Shown here: piece after piece, positions 32,431 to 39,324 of the stretch
Numbering within the stretch: position 1 is the stretch's first letter
Layout: each line of letters begins with the position of its first letter
Source: a virus
Lineage: Duplodnaviria > Caudoviricetes
IMG/VR virus record: IMGVR_UViG_3300032138_000942
Span: 32,001 to 96,000 of that record
Reading direction: 5' to 3' (one strand)
Length of the DNA: 64,000 bases
Position numbers and translations under genes: made by a program
The notes under the pieces: model-generated
What the model was told of the DNA's origin: nothing
Databases searched by the model: none
Seen by the model: only the letters and a program-made list of their open reading frames with translations

Positions 32431-32436
32431 TATAAT
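32428..32436 (+). promoter_or_regulatory. Putative sigma70-type extended -10 promoter (TGaTATAAT) for the ruvC-primase-sbcCD island
   Basis: Perfect TGnTATAAT 5 nt before ATG 32442; no SD. Confidence 0.5.
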
Positions 32437-32441
32437 AAAGT

Positions 32442-32972
32442 ATGCTTTTAGGATTAGATATTTCGACATCTATTGTTGGAGCAACGGTTTTAAATGATGA
32501 GGGTGAAGTTGTTTATTGTGACTTTTGGGATCTCCGCAATAAAAATCAGTTCCCGACCCTTTATGATAAAGCGGAACGAGTAAAACAGATGTTGGCCATG
32601 TTATATGATGTTAAGAGGCTTCGATTCGACTCGATCTTCATTGAACAGTCGTTGTTGTCTTTCCGACCCGGCTTCTCCTCAGCACGAACTATAGTGACTT
32701 TAGCTAAATTCAATGGAATCATCTCATATATTTGTGAAAGAGACTTTAAAATTACGCCTGAATATGTGGGAGCAACGACAGCCAGAAAGACTTGTGGCAT
32801 AAAAGTTCCCAAAGGCCAGAAGGCTAAAGAAGTAGTTTTAAATTTTGTTCTTGACAACGAGGGTGCTTTTGATATAGAATATACTAAGCATGGTAATCCA
32901 AGACCAGGAACTTATGACAAGGCAGATAGTTATATTATAGCAAAAGCAGGATGGAAAAGCACAAAATCTTAA
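32442..32972 (+). CDS. RuvC-like Holliday junction resolvase
   Basis: LLGLDIS N-terminus, IFIEQ, and C-terminal D..D (YDKADS) RNase H-fold acidic residues. Confidence 0.85.
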   Translation: MLLGLDISTSIVGATVLNDEGEVVYCDFWDLRNKNQFPTLYDKAERVKQMLAMLYDVKRLRFDSIFIEQSLLSFRPGFSSARTIVTLAKFNGIISYICERDFKITPEYVGATTARKTCGIKVPKGQKAKEVVLNFVLDNEGAFDIEYTKHGNPRPGTYDKADSYIIAKAGWKSTKS

Positions 32973-33889
32973 AAGATATACTTGGGAAACCTTTTGTTTC
33001 CAATAACGAGTACTTGTTTCATTGCCCATATTGTCGACATCACAAACGAAAGATGTCGGTGAATGTGGAAAAGGACGTTTTCAAGTGTTGGGTTTGTGAC
33101 ACTCACGGGAGAACTATCAGGCGAGTTGTGAAGAGATTTGGATCTTATGCTCAACTTAAAGAGTGGGACACCCTCTCTGGCCAAACCGATATTCTGGAAT
33201 TTGACAAGCTCTTTGAAGAGGTCAAAGAAAAAAGTTCAAAAAATTACTTGACATTGCCTGGAGAGTTTGTTACACTGACAGGTGAGAACAAAAGTTTAGC
33301 TTCCATTCGAGTGCTAAACTACCTTCAGAATCGTGGAATAACTCAACAAGATATCGTTAACTGGAAAATAGGATATTGTCTTCAGGGACCGTTTAAAGAC
33401 AGAGTGATTGTGCCATCATTTGATGATAAGGGCTACGTTAACTACTTTGTTGCTCGAACGTTTTCTGGAGACTGGAAAAAATACTTGAACCCCTCAGCAT
33501 CTAAAGACATAATATTTAATCACCTGTTTATCAACTGGGATAAGGATTTGGTGATTGTAGAGGGCATCTTCGATGCCATCAAAGCCGGCACTAACTCCAT
33601 CCCCCTCTTGGGATCGACCCTTCGGGCTAATAGTGTGTTGTTCCAACAGATTATTAAAAGAGACACATCAGTCTTTATTGCCCTTGATCAGGATGCTGAG
33701 AAGAAAGGTGCCGGAATTATCGGCAAATTATTATCTTATGGCGCCGAAGTCTTTAAAATAGACACATCAGGCTTCGAGGATGTTGGAAGCATGACCCAAG
33801 ATGAATTCCAGCAGAGAAAATCAAACGCAAAGTTTATGAACCCAGACACGTTTCTAATGGAACATGCTCTGGATTCTATTAAAATTTAG
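32951..33889 (+). CDS. DNA primase (Zn finger plus TOPRIM; DnaG/gp61-like)
   Basis: CPYC…H…CWVC zinc-binding domain, YLQNRGI, VIVEGIFDA and ALDQDA TOPRIM motifs. Confidence 0.9.
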   Translation: MEKHKILKDILGKPFVSNNEYLFHCPYCRHHKRKMSVNVEKDVFKCWVCDTHGRTIRRVVKRFGSYAQLKEWDTLSGQTDILEFDKLFEEVKEKSSKNYLTLPGEFVTLTGENKSLASIRVLNYLQNRGITQQDIVNWKIGYCLQGPFKDRVIVPSFDDKGYVNYFVARTFSGDWKKYLNPSASKDIIFNHLFINWDKDLVIVEGIFDAIKAGTNSIPLLGSTLRANSVLFQQIIKRDTSVFIALDQDAEKKGAGIIGKLLSYGAEVFKIDTSGFEDVGSMTQDEFQQRKSNAKFMNPDTFLMEHALDSIKI

Positions 33890-33898
33890 GAGAATATT

Positions 33899-36800
33899 TT
33901 GAAATTTGCCCATATAGCGGACACCCATATCCGTAATTTAAAATATCATTATGAATACCGAGAGGTCTTCACGAAGATGTTTAATATCCTTAAGGACGAA
34001 AAGGTGGACTATATTGTTCACTGTGGGGACTTGGCTCACACAAAAACCCAACTAAGCCCAGAATACTTCGATATGGCCCAGTGGTTTCTAAAGAGCTTAG
34101 CCGATATTGCTCCGCTTTATATTATTCCAGGTAATCATGATGGAAATCTCAAGAATAGTTCTCGTCAAGATGCCATCACTCCGATTGTCGAAGCCTTAGC
34201 TCATCCAGATTTACACTTTATCAAGAAGTCGGAGGAGATTTGCTTGAATGACAAGTTTGCTTTCAACGTTCTCTCCATCTTTGATGAAGAAAACTGGAAA
34301 GAGCCTTCAGATTATGATCGAATTAATATTGCTCTCCACCACGGTTCAATTAACGGATGTAAAACTGACCAAGAATGGGTGATGGAATACGGAGACAACG
34401 ACATCGCCATCTTCAAAGACTTTGATTATGTCTTTTTGGGCGATATTCACAAGACCAACCAAACGCTTGATGATGACGGTCGAGTCCGTTACTGTGGATC
34501 AACCGTTCAGCAAAACCATGGCGAAACCAACGATAAAGGATTTCTTATTTGGGAAATTGAAGACAAAGAAAGGTTTACATGTAAACATATCTCAGTCCCC
34601 AACCCTAAGCCGTTTATCACACTCGAATTGACACCGAAGGGCAAACTCCCTCGAAAAGCAGCCGTTCCAGAGAAAGCTCGCTTACGGGTCGTGGCCAACA
34701 ACAACTTACCCCTGAACGTTCTTAAAAAAGCCGTTGATGTGGCAAAAGCCAAATTTAATCCAGAATCGGTCACGTTCCTTAACCGAGCGGCAGGTAAACG
34801 AGGAAGTGTCGACGATCTTACCGGCGATCTGGCTCAAGAAGATCTTCGAGACACGGCCATCCAAGAGAAGTTTATCCGAGAGTATCTTAAGGATTACGAA
34901 GCTCCAGACGATATTATGACAAGAATCCTCGACCTGAACCGAAAGTTCAACACTGTTGTCGAGGAAGGAGAGGACGTTATCCGTAATGTAAACTGGAGCA
35001 TCGACTCCGTGGAATGGGATAACCTCTTTAATTATGGTGAGGGGAACAAAGTAAGTTTTAAGAACCTCGAAGGGATCGTCGGTATTTTTGGCAAGAACTA
35101 TTCTGGCAAATCCAGTGTGGTCGACAGTCTATTATATACGTTGTTTGACAAAACTTCAAAAAATAACAGAAAGAATCTTCATGTTATTAACCAGAATAAA
35201 GATTATTGTCGAGGATCTGTCAACATCTCAGTGGGGGATAAGGTTTACAATGTGGAAAGAACTTCAGAGAAGTATATAAAGACTCTTCATGGACAGACAA
35301 CTCAAGAGGCCAAGACAAATGTCGAATTTACGGCTAAAAACAACGTCTTAGGCGAGGAAGAAGAACTTAATGGTCTGAGTCGCCAAGACACCGATAAGAG
35401 GATTAGAAAGGTATTTGGGACCTCTGAGGACTTCCTTCTGACATCGATGGCCTCACAACTAGATTCTTTAGCGTTTATTAAGGAAGGATCGGTTAAAAGA
35501 AAGGAAATTCTGGCTAAATTCCTTGACTTAGAGATTTTCGATAAGAAATACAAATTAGCAAAGGAAGAGGGGGCAGAACTAAGGGTGGCGATTAAAAGAT
35601 TGGAAGAAAAGGATTTTGCTGCTGAACTGGAGACAGTGGAGGAAGAAACGGAAAGAAACGTTTCTGAAACTCGGAAGCAAAAAAGACAATGCACCAAAAT
35701 TAAAAAGTCGATTGAGAAGCTCCACACGAACCTCTCAGAAGTCGACATCAAAATAGGCTCCATCCCCGCGGAAGTAATTGATTATGAAAGCGTGAAGACA
35801 GAGCTTGAAACTAAGCAAAAAAAAGTCCAAACGATTATTCAAGCTAACAGAGGTGGAGAAAACGAAATTCGACAACACAAGGAGTACTTGGAGAAAGTTG
35901 AAAACCTTAAATCCGTTTTTGACATTGAAGAATTCAAAAGTAAACAGAGCATTATTACTGAACACAAAAAACAAATTAATACTTTGGTGGGAGAAAAGGG
36001 CTTCAAAAAAAGAAAGCTTGGAGATCTAAACAACAGGCTCAAGCTTCTCGACGAAGTTCCTTGTGGATCCGAATTTTCTCACTGTAAGTTCATTAAAGAT
36101 GCTTATGATGCCAATAAAGACGTGGACATCATTGAAGAAGCTATTCGTCGGATAGATCAAGCACAAGAGCACTTCGAAGGAGAGATCGAGAAGTTAGAAC
36201 CTAAAAAGGTCGAGGAGTACATTAACAAATTTGAAGATATCGAAAAGAAAGAATCAGAAACAAGCAGCACAATATCAGATCTTTCATTAAATATCGAAAA
36301 GAATAATAACAATATAATAACTTTACAGCTCGACATTGACAAATTAAGCACGAAGCTCTTTGAATATGAAGAGAATCGAGAGTTCATTGAAAATCTTGAG
36401 CAGCTTCTGAAAGAGAAAGCGGCCCTCAACGGCGAAGTCAGTAATAAAAACGAAGAATTAGAAAAGTGTGAGCAGGAACTTCTCATCATTCATAAGGTTC
36501 ATGGCTCCCTGGAACAAAAGCTCCAGAATCTCCATGATCAAAAAGAAGAACTCGACACACTCAGAAAAGATTACGCAGCATATGACCTTTATGAAAAGTG
36601 TATGAGGTCAAAGGATGGGATTCCATATGACATTATTAAAAAGAAGTTGCCGATCATTAATGAAGAGGTTTCCAAGATTTTATCTAATATTGTTGATTTT
36701 GAAGTATTCTTTGAAACAAGCGATAAGAAACTTGAAATCAATATTAAGCACGCTCGTTTTGAGCCCCGCCCGCTTGAACTGGGCTCAGGTGCCGAGAAGA

Positions 36801-37057
36801 CTATTTCGGCCATGGCTATTAGGCTTGCTTTACTTAGCGTGTCGAATTTGCCAAAGCCTGACCTATTTATTCTTGACGAACCCGGAACAGCGCTCGACGA
36901 GGACAACATGGAAGGGTTCATCAGAATCTTAACAGATATGATAAAAACACAGTTTAAAACAGTCCTTCTTATTTCTCACCTTGATTCTCTCAAGGATTGT
37001 GTCGACACAACAATTGAGATTGAAAAAGTGGATGGACTAGCACATGTCAACCAATAA
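33899..37057 (+). CDS. Fused Mre11/SbcD nuclease + Rad50/SbcC ATPase (T4 gp47-gp46-like)
   Basis: ADTH, GDLAH, PGNHD, HH and LGDIH phosphoesterase motifs, then Walker A GKNYSGKS, long coiled coil, LGSGAE signature, LFILDEP Walker B and ISH; TTG start with AGGAG SD. Confidence 0.92.
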   Translation: MKFAHIADTHIRNLKYHYEYREVFTKMFNILKDEKVDYIVHCGDLAHTKTQLSPEYFDMAQWFLKSLADIAPLYIIPGNHDGNLKNSSRQDAITPIVEALAHPDLHFIKKSEEICLNDKFAFNVLSIFDEENWKEPSDYDRINIALHHGSINGCKTDQEWVMEYGDNDIAIFKDFDYVFLGDIHKTNQTLDDDGRVRYCGSTVQQNHGETNDKGFLIWEIEDKERFTCKHISVPNPKPFITLELTPKGKLPRKAAVPEKARLRVVANNNLPLNVLKKAVDVAKAKFNPESVTFLNRAAGKRGSVDDLTGDLAQEDLRDTAIQEKFIREYLKDYEAPDDIMTRILDLNRKFNTVVEEGEDVIRNVNWSIDSVEWDNLFNYGEGNKVSFKNLEGIVGIFGKNYSGKSSVVDSLLYTLFDKTSKNNRKNLHVINQNKDYCRGSVNISVGDKVYNVERTSEKYIKTLHGQTTQEAKTNVEFTAKNNVLGEEEELNGLSRQDTDKRIRKVFGTSEDFLLTSMASQLDSLAFIKEGSVKRKEILAKFLDLEIFDKKYKLAKEEGAELRVAIKRLEEKDFAAELETVEEETERNVSETRKQKRQCTKIKKSIEKLHTNLSEVDIKIGSIPAEVIDYESVKTELETKQKKVQTIIQANRGGENEIRQHKEYLEKVENLKSVFDIEEFKSKQSIITEHKKQINTLVGEKGFKKRKLGDLNNRLKLLDEVPCGSEFSHCKFIKDAYDANKDVDIIEEAIRRIDQAQEHFEGEIEKLEPKKVEEYINKFEDIEKKESETSSTISDLSLNIEKNNNNIITLQLDIDKLSTKLFEYEENREFIENLEQLLKEKAALNGEVSNKNEELEKCEQELLIIHKVHGSLEQKLQNLHDQKEELDTLRKDYAAYDLYEKCMRSKDGIPYDIIKKKLPIINEEVSKILSNIVDFEVFFETSDKKLEINIKHARFEPRPLELGSGAEKTISAMAIRLALLSVSNLPKPDLFILDEPGTALDEDNMEGFIRILTDMIKTQFKTVLLISHLDSLKDCVDTTIEIEKVDGLAHVNQ

Positions 37058-37068
37058 GGAGATTACCC

Positions 37069-37317
37069 ATGACAGCAGCACAACTTAATAAATTTAAACA
37101 ATCGATTTTAGCGGACACCAACGGTGAAAAGATCGAGGAATTTTTTAAATATGTAACAAGGCTCGAAAGGCTGAAAGAAGAGGCTGACCAATATAGAGAG
37201 GTAATGAATGATGAGCACTCTTCATTCGGAGAGGAAAAAATAGCTTTTGAAAAATTGGAGGAAGCATTCTTGGAATATGACCTATTTTTAGGTAATTCCA
37301 ACTATTTATCTCACTAA
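37069..37317 (+). CDS. Hypothetical protein (82 aa)
   Basis: Strong SD AAGGAG; fills the gap between genes. Confidence 0.6.
   Translation: MTAAQLNKFKQSILADTNGEKIEEFFKYVTRLERLKEEADQYREVMNDEHSSFGEEKIAFEKLEEAFLEYDLFLGNSNYLSH
37301..37308 (+). promoter_or_regulatory. Putative late promoter ACTATTTA upstream of the lysis-like trio
   Basis: Recurrent motif. Confidence 0.6.
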
Positions 37318-37329
37318 GGGAGACATATC

Positions 37330-37536
37330 ATGAGCGAAGAAACGAAAGCAAGATTAGACCGGTGGATGGAACGATGGGCTTCACGAAAGCTGATTGTTTG
37401 GGCCACAGCAACGGCCTTCCTGGCAATGGACAAGTTGGGTTCAGATGAATGGGTTGCTGTTGCTTTGACATATATCGGAATCGAAGGCCTTGCTGATATC
37501 GCCAGCCGCTGGAAACATGGCGATAACCGACGATGA
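37330..37536 (+). CDS. Putative small holin (two hydrophobic segments)
   Basis: 68 aa; SRKLIVWATATAFLAM and WVAVALTYIGIEG; SD GGGAG; ACTATTTA upstream. Confidence 0.55.
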   Translation: MSEETKARLDRWMERWASRKLIVWATATAFLAMDKLGSDEWVAVALTYIGIEGLADIASRWKHGDNRR

Positions 37537-37940
37537 CTTGGCTGGCTGTAAAGACAGCGATCACAAAAGTCTGGCTCTGGTGTAAACACAACTGGAAAAT
37601 TGTGGCACTTTTGGCATACACATTTGTTCTTTATCTTTTGTTCAGCAAGAACACCAGAAACGCAAAGAAGATGCTTTCTGATGCCCGAGCAGCCCACAAG
37701 GCGGAGGTGGAGGCTTTGGAAAAGGCCCACCAAGAACAAATCGAGAAGAGAAATAAAAATCTTGAAGAATATAGGCTTGCCTTAGAGTTAATTGAGTTTA
37801 AACTTAAAGAGAGAAGTGAAGAGATAACAGAGAAGCAAAAACAAAGAGTTAAGGAAATTGTCGAAGAAACAAAAGATGATCCAAACAAGTTGGCCGAACT
37901 AATTAAAGAAGAGTTCGGATTCGAGATATGGAATGACTAA
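37533..37940 (+). CDS. N-terminally anchored coiled-coil membrane protein (i-spanin-like)
   Basis: TM segment IVALLAYTFVLYLLF followed by a charged coiled coil; ATGA overlap with the holin-like gene. Confidence 0.5.
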   Translation: MTWLAVKTAITKVWLWCKHNWKIVALLAYTFVLYLLFSKNTRNAKKMLSDARAAHKAEVEALEKAHQEQIEKRNKNLEEYRLALELIEFKLKERSEEITEKQKQRVKEIVEETKDDPNKLAELIKEEFGFEIWND

Positions 37941-38355
37941 ACTAGTCTCAATATTTTTAATAATGCTGTTTCCTTTTCAGGCAATGGCAGACGATCTTCC
38001 TCAAATCACACCATTGAACGAAGGGCAGGAAGCTCCATATAGCGGCGTATTATATAATGCCGCCGCCGTTGCTGAGACAATTGCTCAAAGAGAAGCTTTG
38101 ATCGCTCAACACAATCTTAATCTGGAGATTTTGGAAGAGAGACTAAAAGCAGAGTGTACTCTCCAGCTTGATAATTTGACCGCTGATCTGGATTTATGTA
38201 ATCAAAAGTATAATTCCATGGTCGAGATAAAAGACGAGCAAATCAGAAACTTACAAGATATGGCCCTCGAAAAGCCTAATTCTAGTTGGTGGTTCATCGG
38301 AGGCATCGGAACTGGTGTACTACTTACTATAGGGGTTGTTTACGCCCTTAAGTAA
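37933..38355 (+). CDS. Exported coiled-coil protein with C-terminal hydrophobic anchor (spanin-like)
   Basis: Signal peptide ending QAMA, coiled coil, C-terminal WWFIGGIGTGVLLTIGVVYALK. Confidence 0.5.
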   Translation: MTKLVSIFLIMLFPFQAMADDLPQITPLNEGQEAPYSGVLYNAAAVAETIAQREALIAQHNLNLEILEERLKAECTLQLDNLTADLDLCNQKYNSMVEIKDEQIRNLQDMALEKPNSSWWFIGGIGTGVLLTIGVVYALK

Positions 38356-38369
38356 GAGGAGGCTCTATT

Positions 38370-39179
38370 GTGGGTCAATCATTCAGGCCAGGTGTTGGGA
38401 ACATTGCTCTTTATACTGAGGGCAAGTTAAGAGAGAAGATCCGAGTTTATTCCACTGCGGGAGCCGGCGAGGTAAACACCGGAGCTAATGTTGGCAACGG
38501 CGATGGAACCTTTTATCAAAAGTCAGGAACAGAACTTCAATTCAAAAGCTTCACAGCCGGCACGAATATTACTATTTCGGACGACGGCTCAGGAACCATA
38601 ACAATTTCCGCTGTTCAGTCTGAAGACGATGTGGGCTGGATCGCCAGAAGCCCAGGCCAGATTGACACAACTGGCTCAGTGGGCATTACAGGATCTCTGG
38701 ATGTTTTTGGCAACACTACTTTAGGAAACGCTGTTTCGGATACTATTACGGTGACAGGGCAATTGACGGGTTCCACGGGAGCCTACTTCAATGGGTTGGT
38801 CGGAATCGGAACCACTCCAGACTCAAATTACGGTCTAATCCTTCCTAACGATGCCACGACTGGTCAAATTAAAGCGACAGCATATGTGACTTATTCTGAC
38901 GAGAGAATTAAAACAAATATTCAACCGATTCTCGGGGCAATTAATAAAGTTAAGTCGATGCAGGGCGTAACTTATAATTTAAAAAGCGGAGGCTCACTAG
39001 AAATCGGCCTGATCGCTCAAGAAATAGAAAAAATTGCCCCCGAAGTTGTGGACTCAAACAGCGATCTTCTGGGGATTGAGTATTCCCGCTTAACTCCAAT
39101 TTTAATTGAAGCGATAAAAGATCAACAAAAACAGATAGATGCTTTACAAAGCGCCTTAGTCGCTCTTTTAGATTCTTAA
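38370..39179 (+). CDS. Short fibre protein with peptidase S74 intramolecular chaperone
   Basis: YSDERIK…GLIAQEIEKIAPEVV…IEYSRLTPILIEAIKDQQ; GTG start with GAGGAGG SD. Confidence 0.85.
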   Translation: MGQSFRPGVGNIALYTEGKLREKIRVYSTAGAGEVNTGANVGNGDGTFYQKSGTELQFKSFTAGTNITISDDGSGTITISAVQSEDDVGWIARSPGQIDTTGSVGITGSLDVFGNTTLGNAVSDTITVTGQLTGSTGAYFNGLVGIGTTPDSNYGLILPNDATTGQIKATAYVTYSDERIKTNIQPILGAINKVKSMQGVTYNLKSGGSLEIGLIAQEIEKIAPEVVDSNSDLLGIEYSRLTPILIEAIKDQQKQIDALQSALVALLDS

Positions 39180-39324
39180 AAGCTCTATTTTTTACGGTGA
39201 ATTCCAAGACGTCATGGCTATTTAGTTATGGCGAGAGGGTCGCCACTCCATGCCCATTGTGGCAACTGAATGGCTATATCTTTCGCCCAACCATAAAAAA
39301 CACATAATATGGAGGGTTTTTTAA

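Noticed and set aside
39238-39275. HDV-like/theta ribozyme resemblance (GGTCGCC…GGCAACT, then GAATGG)
   Set aside because: No convincing P3, no P1.1 GG, no P4 and no properly placed catalytic C; kept only as a generic structured leader
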